A stretch of DNA of 64,000 nt, taken from assembly GCA_030141605.1 (NCBI GenBank), contig JAQGDQ010000058.1:467852-531851 (forward strand). The letters run 5' to 3'. This DNA is from Tubiluchus corallicola. Lineage: Eukaryota; Animalia; Priapulida. A program made the translations under genes and the position numbers. This document shows positions 12,251 to 26,800 of the stretch, one piece after another. The notes beneath the pieces are model-generated. The model worked only from the letters and a program-made list of their open reading frames with translations, had not been told where the DNA came from and made no database searches. The first letter of the stretch is position 1; every line of letters begins with the position of its first letter.

Positions 12251-14276
12251 CATTTGAAAACTATGAGAGTCTCAAGGCCTTGAACATTATATGCAGTAAG
12301 GGCCCTTGAAATCCATTGTACATTTGAAAACTATGAGAGTCTCAAGGCCTTGAACATTATATGCAGTAAGGGCCCTTGAAATCCATTGTACATTTGAAAA
12401 CTATGAGAGTCTCAACGCCTTGAACATTATATGTAGTAAGGACCCGTGAAATCCTTTGTACATGTGAAAACTATGAGAGTCTCAACGCCTTGAACATTAT
12501 ATGTAGTAAGGGCCCGTGAAATCCTTTGTACATTTGAAAACTATGAGAGTGTCAAGGCCTTGAACATTATATGTAGTAAGGGCCCTTGAAATCTTTTGTA
12601 CATTTGAAAACTATGAGAGTCTCAAGGCCTTGAACATTATATGTAGTAAGGGCCCTTGAAATCCTTTGTACATTTGAAAACTATGAGAGTCTCAAGGCCT
12701 TGAACATTATATGTAGTAAGGGCCCGTGAAATCCTTTGTACATTTGAAAACTATGAGAGTCTCAAGGCCTTGAACATTATATGTAGTAAGGGCCCGTAAA
12801 ATTCTTTGTACATTTGAAAACTATGAGAGTCTCAAGGCCTTGAACATTATATGCAGTAAGGGCCCGTAAAATTCTTTGTACATTTGAAAACTATGAGAGT
12901 CTCAAGGCTTGAACATTATATGCAGTAAGGGCCCGTAAAATTCTTTGTACATTTGAAAACTATGAGAGTCTCAAGGCCTTGAACATTATATGCAGTAAGG
13001 GCCCGTAAAATTCTTTGTACATTTGAAAACTATGAGAGTCTCAAGGCCTTGAACATTATATGTAGTAAGGGCCAGTGAAATCCTTTGTACATTTGAAAAC
13101 TATGAGAGTCTCGAGGCCTTGAACATTATATGTAGTAAGGGCCCGTGAAATCCTTTGTACATTTGAAAACTATGAGAGTCTCGAGGCCTTGAACATTATA
13201 TGTAGTAAGGGCCAGTGAAATCCTTTGTACATTTGAAAACTATGAGAGTCTCGAGGCCTTGAACATTATATGTAGTAAGGGCCCGTGAAATCCTTTGTAC
13301 ATTTGAAAACTATGAGAGTTTCAAGGCCTTGAACATTATATGTAGTAAGGGCCCGTAAAATTCTTTGTACATTTGAAAACTATGAGAGTCTCAAGGCCTT
13401 GAACATTATATGCAGTAAGGGCCCGTAAAATTCTTTGTACATTTGAAAACTATGAGAGTCTCAAGGCCTTGAACATTATATGTAGTAAGGGCCCGTGAAA
13501 TCCTTTGTACATTTGAAAACTATGAGAGTCTCGAGGCCTTGAACATTATATGTAGTAAGGGCCCGTGAAATCCTTTGTACATTTGAAAACTATGAGAGTC
13601 TCAAGGCCTTGAACATTATATGTAGTAAGGGCCCGTGAAATCCTCTGTACATTTGAAAACTATGAGAGTCTCGAGGCCTTGAACATTATATGTAGTAAGG
13701 GCCCGTGGAAATCCTTTGTACATTTGAAAACTATGAGAGTCTCAAGGCCTTGAACATTATATGTAGTAAGGGCCCGTGAAATCCTCTGTACATTTGAAAA
13801 CTATGAGAGTCTCGAGGCCTTGAACATTATATGTAGTAAGGGCCAGTGAAATCCTTTGTACATTTGAAAACTATGAGAGTTTCAAGGCCTTGAACATTAT
13901 ATGTAGTAAGGGCCCGTGAAATCCTCTGTACATTTGAAAACTATGAGAGTCTCGAGGCCTTGAACATTATATGTAGTAAGGGCCAGTGAAATCCTTTGTA
14001 CATTTGAAAACTATGAGAGTCTCGAGGCCTTGAACATTATATGTAGTAAGGGCCCGTAAAATCCTTTGCACATTTGAAAACTATGAGAGTCTCAAGGCCT
14101 TGAACATTATATGTAGTAAGGGCCAGTGAAATCCTTTGTACATTTGAAAACTATGAGAGTCTCAAGGCCTTGAACATTATATGTAGTAAGGGCCCGTGAA
14201 ATCCTTTGCACATTTGAAAACTATGAGAGTCTCAAGGCCTTGAACATTATATGTAGTAAGGGCTTGTGAAATCCTT
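12251..14276. repeat. 70-bp minisatellite, ~29 copies
   Basis: Unit catttgaaaactatgagagtctcaaggccttgaacattatatgtagtaagggcccgtgaaatcctttgta repeats head to tail (catttgaaaa at 12251, 12321, 12391...) with few substitutions and no spacers. Confidence 0.97.
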
Positions 14277-16369
14277 CGTCCTTGATGGCTTGTTTGGTAT
14301 AAATATAAGTATTTTACGGATGAACCTGCTGTGGTGTCGGGCATAGGTTCTTCTGCATGCCCTGCTTTCATGTTAGCAGCGACTCACCCTTCTTTGTGGA
14401 TCCAGACGTCTTGGCTGGGCCTACACATAGTGTGAGAAGCCAGCTGGACCTGGCCAGCATTAAAGCGAGTAGAAGTCACCACAGCGGAGACTTCTGACAT
14501 AAGTGCTCCTCGGCCTACGCTGTCTTAGTGCTGTTACTTTAGTTAGAGTTACTTTTGTATTTTGCTCTTCACTCTTTGCTTGTAAGTGCTGATAATAAAA
14601 CCTCCTATGTTGGGTGATATGCTACAAGAGGTATGTGCAACATTGCACCTGTATGTACATATATCCACAATGTGCAGTCAGTTCTTGCATTATACGCCAG
14701 CTTCTCGTCATAGCCACATATAACATAAGCTGACCTGTTTCTTCCACGCAGATTATTATATTTCATCGATATTGAACTGCATGTAAGTGATATGAGCTAC
14801 TGTGGACATAATCATTATTTCATAGCAAAGCGTTTATTAAGTCAATCGCCATCTCAGTGCATAATATGAGAATAATTAACCCTACCAATTAACTACAACA
14901 AAAAAATGGCAAAAAATATTTAACATAGAGCACGTATATCAAAAAGCAAAAATAGATATATTTAATACTGTGTACACGTTCTAACACGTACACGGGATAA
15001 GCAGGCATTTACTTGTTCACATTTCAATACAGTTATAATATCTTATAGTGTCAATTAATTCTAGTAATGAAATGTATAGACAAGTAATGAAAGACATAAG
15101 ACACGCAGTTGATAAATTATCTAATGACCATTTATAGACTTTCACATTATTACTCATCCGTAATAATTATTAGTTAAAATGCTGCTGTGCTGTTATTTAT
15201 GTGTTTGTTCATTTACGGTGAACAAGTGTATAATCGGAAAAACGGCACCAGTGGGAAAAATTCCCAAGTTTAGCTGCCATTAGTTTTATTTTTAGCCATT
15301 AAAAATGGGTGCAAAATAAAAAAGAATTTATAGTGTTAAAAATATTTAGTTTTTATAAAAACGTTTTTACATACTTGTGTGTTGTACTTTTATATTTATG
15401 CGCTTATATAGTTTGCACCCTGAAAGCCAGGATCAAGCACTCAACAGCAGGGTTTATTCAATAGTGACGGGACTGGAATCTAGCTCATTATCAAGGATAA
15501 TATACTCAGATGAGACACTTAAGTGTCTTAGCTACCTACTTGTTTGGATGCTTATACATTCTTCATTGAGCTAAATAACAGGATAATACACCAGTCCAGA
15601 AGCTTTCCAGCCGCTACCATTCTATTTTCTTATCTCGATCGAAAATGCTTAACTTCAGACGAACTGAAACCACACAGTTCTGATGGCTATTAGTAAAATA
15701 TATGTTAAAAACATTTTACAAAGATATCCTATATATACTTTATATACTTTGTAAAAAATAAAAAATGCCAAAGTTTAAAGAAAGCAGGATGATTTTTCAC
15801 ATCTTACACTAATGCCTGACTGTTTCTGGTAATTACATAATAGGCTAAAAACGTCATTAACGCAATCGAGCTCAACTAGTAAGAAATCACAAATGAACAG
15901 AATTTTCAAAGGCACAAACATTCTACGAGCGTGTTGCACGTATTTGCGTAAGCGAAAATTGAAGTTCTATTTTACAACATTTAGTGTTATATATAAAAAC
16001 TAGGCAAATTTAAGATTCAAAATTCAATTTTTAAGACCACACATGAGCTCGCGAACGAGTGCACTATTTCACAACTGAACACTTCTCAACTGAGAGGCAC
16101 AGCACCTGTTTTTTATGAAATGAGTTTCTGAGATACAGGCACTAGGGCATATCTAACTAGCGCATGGCGAAATGCATGTAACTGTAAAGAATTAGCCGGG
16201 CGAACGTGTAATTACCTTTTTGTGGTAATAATAACAATAATTTCGTTTAGGACACAGTCCAAGGATAATACCTTAAGTAACTCAATACTTATTTCCAAAG
16301 CGGTTCCGATTGTTATTAATACCCGCACATTACTTCGATAAACCCGCGTGCTTGATCGAAGAACCAGCA

Positions 16370-16460
16370 GTACCATTTTCCTTTAGTATGACTTGATCGA
16401 GAGTTGAACCCACGACCTCCCGGGTGGTAAGCGAGCACGCTATCATTGAGCTTGCTACAT
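16370..16460 (-). mobile_element. tRNA-derived SINE head
   Basis: Minus strand agcaagctcaatgatagcgtgctcgcttaccacccgggaggtcgtgggttcaactctcg: A-box-like and B-box-like (GGTTCAACTC) motifs at tRNA spacing, without a proper acceptor stem. Confidence 0.55.
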
Positions 16461-18057
16461 AATAATTCTTTCACGTAAGCCATTCTTGAGAAAAGCATGT
16501 TCCTTTCAATATTTTATAGTATAGATAGTTTTGAGATACCACTACAATAACTGTTTTGAAACTGGCATGAAACACAATGTTCGTTCATTTTCGACTTGGA
16601 TTTATTTTTCGACAATGTTAAATAGTTAAAAAGTTAAATATTTTGATTTGAATTAGAATCAAACTAAAGCAGCAAAAATGAAACTAAACTGTTTATCAGT
16701 TGTTTCTTAATTCTTGAATAAAAGTGATGTGAAATAAATTAAAAGCAAATTCTCTCACATCTTATTTATATCTCTCACATTCATATCTTATTTATCATGT
16801 AAACTCATTTACCGCTGAATTGTCCCTAGTTTTAGTTGCAAAATCGACGTCTCAGTACCGTTTGATCCCAACCTTTTGAGAAAATCTCGTTAAACTTAAG
16901 AAAAACAGCACCCACCGAGTTTGCACTTCGACGTTCGTTAGAAGAAACTTTTCGCTTGTTAACGCATACGAGTTTACTGAAATTAAAAATTTGCAAGCGT
17001 GAATCAGTCATAGTCTGAGCTGCGTCGCAATGAAATCCATTTTGTTAATATGTTATTTAGAACGCAATTTAGCGCTGCCATAGAATCCGTTTTAAAAATT
17101 TAGAATATGACACCACAACAGAAAAACTGGCTAAAACGCATTAAAAGAACAAAGAGAAATAGAACAACAGTCAGACCGGTTTCAGGACGAAACAGATATG
17201 TTTTTAAGGTTGCATATAAGCGAGGAGCCCAAAAATTGCATTTTATGGTCTTTAATGGTCACATCTAGTGAGATTAGTGGCTTATGTTTTACGATTCTGG
17301 GAATGTCGTAGCCGATTACTAAAATAAACATTTGCTTGACAGTTCAATTAAGTTAATGTGAAACGATAACATTTCATCAGTGTAATGTAATGTGGTCGTT
17401 ACACGGGATGTCTAAAAATAATTCTCAGTGTAGGCATGTTTGGATATTTGTAAGACTTCTTTTACGTTCATTTTTTAGTTAATCCATTTATTTTTAAACA
17501 TATTTGGCTGCTGCTGAAATTTCAAATATAATAAAGTTTTACTATAATACAGTTTAACGATATATTTTAGATACGTATTAAACCTTTGTAAACGTGTTTC
17601 AGGAGTTAATATTAATTATTATGCTGTTTAATAATTTACGAAAGGCTAATAACATAGTCCAAACTACTGGTATTTCAGAAAAAGAACCTGTATCTATAGC
17701 AAAGTTTTTGCAAGATACTGGTTTATGACGTTTCACATGGCTTGAAAATTGAAACATTCAAATAATAATACTGATAAAAATACTGGTAATGTTAATTTTC
17801 ATAACACTGCACCGCATGTAAATAATTTCTTTGAAGATTTTGGCCTATTTACTCGCCCTCGAAGACTAAAACAACTTCTGTGACTAAAACAACTTCTGTA
17901 ACACAACGTTGTTAAAAAAACCACGAATGATATCACTGTAGTGTACAACTAGCAACTCATTTTTATGCCTTCATTATCTATGTTATTATTACGTCTGAGT
18001 CAACTAAAAATAAAACAGGAGATATCACTATTTAGAATTATAAAGGACACTGCCTAC

Positions 18058-18706
18058 CTCTGGCGTGTTGTCTAGCTTCCAAAAGCATCTTGAGCAAATC
18101 ATAATTTGACTGCTTGCTGTAATAAATATCATACGGCCTGGGATATCGGCTGTCTTTAGACAACGCCTCATCGATGGCCTTCCCTTGCAGTTGCATCAGA
18201 ATATCCGAAGTTTCGTAAATTATGGCCAAGTGGAACCAATCAAATTCTTGTAAAACCGAGATGAAGAAATGAGATTGATGTTCTTGAAGGTTGTACGACA
18301 ATCTGGACAACGTCGGATAGACGGGCTTGTTGAAGACAAGGTCTCCAACTCCCGTGTACATTGGCAGATTCAGGTACGCAGCCAAATAAGCTGTCACAGT
18401 GACATCCTGAGAACAAGGAGGTCCTATGGCGACCTGTATCTGATGTTTGTAGTACATTTCACTCAGCCCGCCAATCGCATACTTTTCGTTACACCAGTTG
18501 GTCCAGTGGTATTCGATCTTCTTATAGTTGACGCCATATCTTCTTCTGACCGTCTCAATGGCAACGTCAATGGCCGGACCGTTCTGCTCGAATCCAAAAG
18601 GAAGAACTGTGGATTTCATACCAAGATGTCCCATGACGATTTCTTGTATTCCCGAATAACCGCATGGCAGAAAGCAAGCGATAATCGTGAAAACATAAAA
18701 ATCCAT
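18058..18706 (-). CDS. Variable cassette V4
   Basis: ATG 18706, signal peptide MDFYVFTIIACFLPCGYSG, motifs GPAIDVAI, WC, IGPPCS, YPTLSRL. 649 nt = 216 codons + 1; donor GCC AGA G|gtaggc. Confidence 0.9.
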
Positions 18707-20271
18707 GAAAACTCTCGCACTTTTGAACGCTGATTTTTATCACGAATAAGAAATTCCCTCAGAATTTCTTTGCGGCTATTGTTATTACGAATGTATTTGA
18801 ATACACTGAAGGGCTAATCAATGTGATTCTTCGAGTGTATGTGCAGCGCAGGTGCGGCACATATTCGCCCAAGAATCTGTCAAGTAATTTGCCTTGAATA
18901 AGCTTCGTTTATTATTAACAGCGGCGTGATTACCAATTTGCGGTCTTTGTCTTCTTGTACTGAGTATGAAAAGCTGGAGAAGCGAAAACACAAATCTTTA
19001 CTTGGAAACTCAGCAGCAAAATGCGGAAGTAAAAAAGGAAACCGGTGGGAAAATGTTAAAAGCGACCTTAGAGTGAAAACAGTAGAAATACTTAAGAAAC
19101 AATTCATTTCATATATATATATATATATATATATAATATAATATATATATCATGTATATTATAAATATATAATATAATTCTATAATATTATAGAAGATAC
19201 GGTATATTATATATATAATACCTATAGAAGATAATTTGTCATATTCTAACTTAAATTATATTATAGTTATTAAGGCAAACATTAATTTTATTGCTCATTT
19301 TGCAGAAAGTATCTATTTATTTCATACGCCTGCAGTCGACACATTCACTCTGTTGGCAATCAAAAATTAATCAGTACGCCACAAAGGGGTCCGGAAGAAC
19401 TTTTTGCTCGAAGATTAATCTGACTTTAATAGTCTTAATTTTGATCATATCATCAATAATTTGGGAACGATAGACTTCTGATGGTTTCCGGAATCTCTGT
19501 TTCGCGGGCAAATTTTAAGCATCTTAGAAATAAGGAAATCGACGATGAGAGTGGGCATTTGATTCGGTAACTAACGTTTGTCACCAGGTTAACACTTAGC
19601 ACAGCTGCAGTTCGGTATGCAAAGCATCTGCGTTCAAGTTCCAGTTATTTGTTTCTGAAATTTTTTGTTCAGTGCAACATGTGTAGATGGCGTTTTCTGG
19701 ATGCTGTTCTTATGTGTACTTCTTGTACTTGTTCTTGTTGGGATGACCTTTTTGAAAAAATACCTAAGTCTCAGTGAATTTCCAACAGATTGTCATGAAA
19801 CTTTGCACGAATATACTAATACGTCGCATACATCAACTGACATAGTAGGATTTTTATACGCCGTTTTGAATTCAAGATGGCGGGCAATAATATTACTTTC
19901 GAAAAAAGCCTAAAGTAACCAGTTCTTATCGGATCCCACAAAACTTTAGAGTTTAGAAGAATCAAAGAGGTTGCCAGACCAGGTTGCTAAACTAGAGTCA
20001 AATGGCCTTTATTTTTAGACAGCGCACGTCAATAGGCAATTTGAACACTGATGATACATATCAGTGAGGTTTAAAACGCATTGCCTAATAAATTTATTTT
20101 CTACTGTAGCCTATGTAGTAATACATAGTTTATTTGCGCAAATTTTTAGTTTTTCCTTGAAATTACGATACGCAGACATTTGTATTTTTAGGCTTAAGGC
20201 TTAACAGTTGGCATTATAGCAAAAATAAAGAATTAACGTCATGCATAGTTATATACATGTAAGCCGTTTTA

Positions 20272-20290
20272 CTAATTATTATTATGTCTA

Positions 20291-20388
<98 letters not shown>

Positions 20389-20422
20389 ATTATTATTATG
20401 TTTATTATTATTATTATTATTA
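20272..20422. repeat. (TAT)n microsatellite
   Basis: Directly visible; explains the poly-Tyr ORF. Confidence 0.97.
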
Positions 20423-21327
20423 GCAGATTTTTATGTTAGGATAATAATATTAATCTTTCTTATTTTAATTTTGTGTAGTTTTCACGATTGTTCTGTAACA
20501 TAGCGATATTCTAGTGCAAATGTGTTATTCCCATTTAAGAAAAATAAATAAAAACTGGCTCATAGTAAAGGGCTTTCGATCAGTGTAATGCACTACTTTA
20601 GGCCTATTCATCAGACTGTAGCTGAAAAAACGCGTGACAAACGTACCACAAACACATGATCATATAACATCAAAAATGCAAAATAATGAATATACAATAC
20701 CCTCAAAGCAGCAGCAAGCAAGGCACAAAAGATTCACGAAAACCAAAGTTTTACTTCATACAATGCTTGGTCATCTCAATACCTTACTGCTATCATTCAG
20801 TATTGATAGGTTTTATACATTCGGCTTATATTGTGTACTTATTTCGAATAATTACTTTTATCAGGTGCTTTTATTTATGCACGTTTATTTTCAAAATACT
20901 TTGAAATTCACTAAGTTTTTGCTGCATGGTGTGATAGCTAAAAGCCGCCACCATCCAAAAGTTTTAATCAATGCATTGAATTAGGGCACCAAAGGAACAA
21001 AATTTATTTTAAAATTTGTATATCGCTATCGTTTCAGAATGTATTTGTACATAGATTCATAATCTAGTTTCAACTATTGTTTACGTGAGATTCTGATTTT
21101 AGAGTTTCATCAATGGTCACTGCTTGTCATTTTTTACCTGATGATGATTTTATTTAAATCTTTATATTATATGACGACAGCTGCTATATAGTGTTCAGCT
21201 GAAAAGTTTCTTATAATAAAGATTTTTATTGTAGGATACTAAACATACGGTGTTAATGTTCTTGGTGTAGGAAATTTATTGATTTTTAGTCCACTTCTCA
21301 ATCAACGCATTACACACGCTTGAACAG

Positions 21328-21427
21328 ATACATACATATATATATACGTATATATATACATATATATATATATATATGTGTATATATATATGTATATATA
21401 TGTGTATATATATGTATATATATATAT
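21328..21427. repeat. (TA)n-rich microsatellite
   Basis: Directly visible imperfect TA dinucleotide run. Confidence 0.9.
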
Positions 21428-22169
21428 CCGCATCGGTTTATTATTTTGATGGCGGCGATAAGGTCATTTTCAAAAAAAAGCCTAATGCCCAGTTTACGCG
21501 ATCCCCAGTTAGTCGGACTGTCGGATGAATAGTTTACACAATGGAGTCAGACGGACTGTGTCGACGTCGTGCAACCTTGAAAATTTAACATTCGACTTGT
21601 CGATCGAATCGACGGATCTGTTTTCCAACTACGTGATATAACAACCAAAAATAAAACCTCGTATTCACATCCTATAGGCTTAATATGAATGTGAAAACGC
21701 ATATTAAACGGTGTAAATACGACAAATTACAGCTATTCATTATTATGCATACATTTAAATAAGCATTACACTTATTTCTGCTTAGCCCTGCAGCATACGA
21801 GTGGTGTCCCTGATCATATGTGTTGGCTGCTAATAACAGTAATTCTACAGTTTAGGCTGTTTTTCAAACAGTATACAGTAAAACATGTAGCTATCCGATT
21901 TAATCTGTGTAAAAGTCTATAATTTACGACATTTTGTGACGTTTTTTTCGCAATTCTACATGTTTATTTATTTAAATTTTATATGATTGCCAAACAAATG
22001 GAAAAATTCTGTACAAATATGTCTGGCATAACGATGAAATGGGGAAGGAGGTGTCATGCCTGGGCTTAACTCACTAGAATTCTATAATAAAGATTGTGTT
22101 TTCAGAATTAAAAAGCTGAAGACCCCAAGGCAAAAGTTAAGTTCACATATTTGATTAACTAAAGAGCTT

Positions 22170-22608
22170 TACTGATAGAATAAGATAAGGTAACGGTAAG
22201 ATAAGATAAGGTGGGGTAAAATAAGGTAAGGTAAGGTAAGGTAAGGTAAGGTAAGGTAAGGTAAGGTAAGGTAAGGTAAGGTAAGGTAAGGTAAGGTAAG
22301 GTAAGGTAAGGTAAGGTAAGGTAAGGTAAGGTAAGGTAAGGTAAGGTAAGGTAAGGTATAGTAAGGTAAGGTAAGGTAAGGTAAGGTAAGGTAAGGTAAG
22401 GTAAGGTAAGGTAAGGTAAGGTAAGGTAAGGTAAGGTAAGGTAAGGTAAGGTAAGGTAAGGTAAGGTGAGGTAAGGTGAGATAAAGTATGGTAAGGTAAG
22501 GTAAGGTAAGGTATAGTAAGGTAAGGTAAGGTAAGGTAAGGTAAGGTAAGGTAAGGTAAGGTAAGGTAAGGTAAGGTAAGGTAAGGTAAGGTAAGGTAGG
22601 GTAAGGTA
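22170..22608. repeat. (GTAAG)n pentanucleotide microsatellite
   Basis: Directly visible; explains the LPYLT-repeat ORFs. Confidence 0.97.
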
Positions 22609-23142
22609 GAAGGACATACCTCTAGACTTGTAACACATATGAGTGAACTGAATCGCAGAAACCCCACATGGAGTCGCCACCTATGATAACCTGGAAGCAT
22701 ATTTTAGCGCCATCTATCGCAGCAATTCTTAGCAAATCACGAAACCTATCGTTTCGTAAGAAGCCAGAGCGAATCGGGGTAGTAAACTCGCACATGCGCC
22801 TATACAGTTGCACATGTAACCATAACTTTGAGCAAACGATTCAGTTATACCTCATCGAGTTTTAGAGGACGGATTTGTCAATGCGTTCGTGAGAATGATT
22901 TTACTGAAATTTACGAAATTCGTCAAAAAATTTGATACCTAAAAAATTCCATTTGCTCTAAAAAGCTCAGAAAATTTAATTACAAACAATTATGTCCTTA
23001 CACTGTGTCTATCAAAAAGGAATACCCAACTAGGAAAACAACCGGTTACACGACTCAAAGTTATGCTATGAAGTACAAGTTCCGAACCAAACCCTCAATG
23101 CCCGAACTTACAGTAACTGTTGTGTTTCGATATACAGCTTAC

Positions 23143-23803
23143 CTCTTGATCTTTCGCTAGCGTCTAGCAGTAACTGTAAAAAGTTTGGATCATATTTGTA
23201 CGAGTTATACGGGTAAATGGCTGGTGTTGGATAAACAGTTGCGCTTTCTTGTATTGCTCTTACCAACGCCGTAGCTTGAAGTCTCATTAAATCTAGTCCA
23301 TCCTCGTACATAATCGCTATGTGGCGCCAGTAGAATTGTTCGAAAATGGCGAAGAAAACGTAGAACATCTTTTCTTGGTTGTAAGACAGTCGAGTTAGCG
23401 AGGGGTAGGCTTCTTTATTAGCTAGCAAGTCGCCTACTCCGGTGACAATGGGTATTTTTAAAAAAGATGCTAATCGACCAGGCGCCACGATATCAGTACT
23501 ACATCCAGGTCCCACAAAAAAATCCACTCTTTTGTTGAATAAGAGCACACCCGCTCCACCTGCAGACGTAGTTTCGTCACAGGCACGTCGATAATCTGCT
23601 CCATACAGGAAAACCTCCATCTCGAAAAAAACCTCGTATTCCTCAGCGGACCGGTTGATGGCTATATCCAGAGCTGGGCCTACTTCTTCCATATCAAATG
23701 GTCCAACAGATGATTCCACTAACAGAACACCCATCTTGTTGGCAATGGTTCCTACTGTCTGAAGCCAGTGAAAAAGCGCGAAAGCTACAACGCTAACATG
23801 CAT
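23143..23803 (-). CDS. Variable cassette V5
   Basis: ATG 23803 starts signal peptide MHVSVVAFALFHWLQTVG; motifs GPALDIAI, ACDE, FVGPGCS, YPSLTRL, FYW.H. 661 nt = 220 codons + 1; donor TCA AGA G|gtaagc. Confidence 0.9.
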
Positions 23804-26800
23804 AATTACGACGGGCTCTTGTATTTCCGTATATGGCTGAACGAATACTTTCCTGAAACAGAAGCCAAGCATTTAGATTACATAATACAATTGTTTGCTT
23901 CAAACAGGCGAGCGACAACAACAACAATAACAGTAGCAGCAACAGTAAGAACAATAGCAGTACCAACTACAATGGTAGCGACAACAATCACAATAAATTA
24001 TTATTGCAATTTAGTTTAGCAATGAGATAGCCGTTATAATCGGAGTAATTTAGCAAGTAGCCTTTTTTACGCAATTTATGGACATATTTTTACTCTATCC
24101 CTAAGCGGAGATACCTTATCCCTTATCTACGTTAGTGTTTGTTAAGTTTAGGTGCAAACAATAGGCGCTAATTTTGTCACCCATCCAAGCAGTTTCCGGA
24201 AAATGTTTCACTTAAGTGTATAATGCGTGTTTCTGGGCAGTTGAGTAAGTGTCACTGTGCAAAAGATATATAATTGTAAAAACGCAAAACTGTAACTAGA
24301 TGCCAGAGAACAAATGATTCTACTTGATTAGAGAGAAACAATAAAAATTAATTTTTCCAAAATGATTCATTTATTATGTAAATGAAAAACGTTATTTGTT
24401 GTTGTGTAATTTTTGTATAAAATGAATTGGTTAAAAGAAAGAAATTTGTAGATGTGTCATTACTCATTCAAATTTCAAAAAAACTCAGTTTTAATGATAA
24501 GGGACTTGACGTGACGACAAACGAACTACACAATACAGAGGTCATTTACTTAATAATGCAATTCTTTCATTCACATGCAGCATGTGATAAATTTGCAAAA
24601 GTTTGGCAAAACTGGCGTTCTATCCTTCCTTTTTATGGTAGATATATCAATTTTCTTTATCGTGGCTTTCAAATTTATAGTTTTCTGAGTGCATCTGTTA
24701 AAATTTACAGTTGTTATGCTGATCTTTCCTTTTTTTGATGAAATTTGGAAATTCTCTGTTCTAGCCTGGCTTAAATCTTATGGCTACGCGTGCACACTAA
24801 ATGTGAATACGCCTAATAATGACAGTAATGTAAATATATGTGCAATTACATAGTGGAGAAACTAATCTTGTGATAAAATTAACAAGAAACCGTATAACGT
24901 GATTGCCTGCAGAGTGAATTTCCAAATTCTTCAATTAAGCATGTCGTCAGTAATCAGGATACGGAATGTTACTAGAAGGCAACTGTCACCTAAATGTATA
25001 CGTGCAGCTTTTCCTTGACAAAATACTCATTTTGACTCAAAAACGCTTATTTTCAAGGTATACTGTTTATTTATAATTGTTGCGTCATTATTAAGTGGTC
25101 AGATGTACATTGAAGCCTTGTGAAAAAGCTTATAAAGAGGACAGGTATTAATTGTCTAATGCGTTTCTCGTTAATATAATACCGAACGTATTAGCAGTAT
25201 ACATTTAATATAGAAACAGGCTTATGACTGGGAAATCAAGAAATAAAATTACTAGCACCCACTTGAATAGAGGCATGATTCATTTCAGAATATGTCATAA
25301 TCGTATGTCAATATGTTATGAGAGCATATAATATAGTATATAGTAGGAGCAACGTGTACTTGTCCCTTCCATCTTTCGAATTTTACTTAGAAAGATTCGG
25401 AACCTCCTTTTTACATACTAGGCACTGCACATAAGTGGTCATCTGGACACTGCGTCTTTTCAAAACGCTTTGGTCTGGTACCCATATAGAGTATTAATGT
25501 TCAGCCCAGTGTCAATATAAGCTGGCCTATTGTTGATATTTAGGGATTTGGAGAATCAGTGGAGGATTTAATACAGAAATTCGCAAGAAAACGCCAGGAA
25601 AACGTGCTGTTTTCGGACCCTTCTGAAGTACTTTTGATTTAAGACACCGTTTACCCTGCTTAATCATAAAACAAACATCTTCATACACTGCATTCATTTT
25701 TAAAAATCAGAACTGTTTAATATCCTAACATGCGATTTGTTCCGTTAAATTAACTTTGTGTAATTGAAATAAATTCCTGTGCTATATTAAAAGCTTGTTA
25801 TCATAGCTATAATTACGTGAAAATCACATTTGATTGCTGCTGCCTGCCCCTGTCTTAACCACTTTCAAAATTTATGTTCCCGACTTCCTGCCACTCGGGT
25901 TTCCGCATGTTTGTGCTGTTATTCGACCTTGAATTTACCAGGTACAAGGGATAAACCCATAAATCTATTAATATTGAATTTGTTAATTTTATTCGCCAAA
26001 ATATTCAATTTAAAATGACTAACTTCTGGTTCCCCGGCCCTGAAATATTACCTGAATAAAAGAATTTCGTTTCCTCAGGTTTGGAAGTCGACATGCGAGC
26101 ATTTGACACGGAACGACGCCCCACAGTGAGATAGCGTCATCATAGCGACAATTTTTTTCAGACTTTTTTTAAGACTCCCAAGTATCAGGCGCGAAAAAAC
26201 TACGTTTCACTGAAACCAAATATTTCTGGCTGTTTGTCTGATTTGATTAAAAAATTAATGTCTTTCGTTGGTGAACTACAAAATTTAACCGAATAAGTCA
26301 GTTTAGATGAAACCATTAGCTATGGCGCTTGTCTTGCTGCAGTGTAAATGTTTACTCAAGGAACATAACTCAGCTTTATGTACTTATTAAACTTTAGCAA
26401 ACAACAGAATTATGACGTTCACTGGTTTAGCAAATCTTTCAGCAAAACTCTTATTATGAATCCCGCTTCACGTGTAAGCAGTGGGCAAGCATATTAAAAC
26501 TTTATGAATTTTAAAATAAATTCAACATTACCCATTCCTTATTTTAGACAGCCTTTAATTCTTGATACGAAATAAAATGCTGGAAAACTAGTTGCAAAGT
26601 GCTGTATTTTCCAGAAATCTGTTATTTTATTGCACTTTTGTAACTGCCAATTTACTTAAAAGAAAACCGGACGATTGTGTCAACATTAGTTCAGAATAAA
26701 GAATGTTCTAAACTATTGAAAACTACTTTTTTGAATGAAAGTTTAGATTAAGTAAAAATTAGCTCGGATATTCAAATTTCATTAAACTTTCAAAGCTACG

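Noticed and set aside
12251-14276. Regular repeat array resembling CRISPR
   Set aside because: Units are contiguous with no unique spacers, there are no cas genes, and the context is eukaryotic; it is a minisatellite.
18269-18733. 154-aa plus-strand ORF
   Set aside because: Antisense shadow of cassette V4 with no recognisable motifs.
22170-22608. (GTAAG)n as an array of decoy 5' splice sites
   Set aside because: It is on the + strand, antisense to the receptor transcript, which reads (CTTAC)n.
22612-22813. TCTAGAG|GTATGT donor-like site resembling a cassette end (possible seventh cassette)
   Set aside because: Upstream translation in the frames examined shows no ANF_receptor motifs; likely coincidence.
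23804-23872. Upstream in-frame ATG extending V5 by 23 aa
   Set aside because: The extension is absent in paralogues, precedes the signal peptide and spans a likely splice acceptor; ATG 23803 is preferred.
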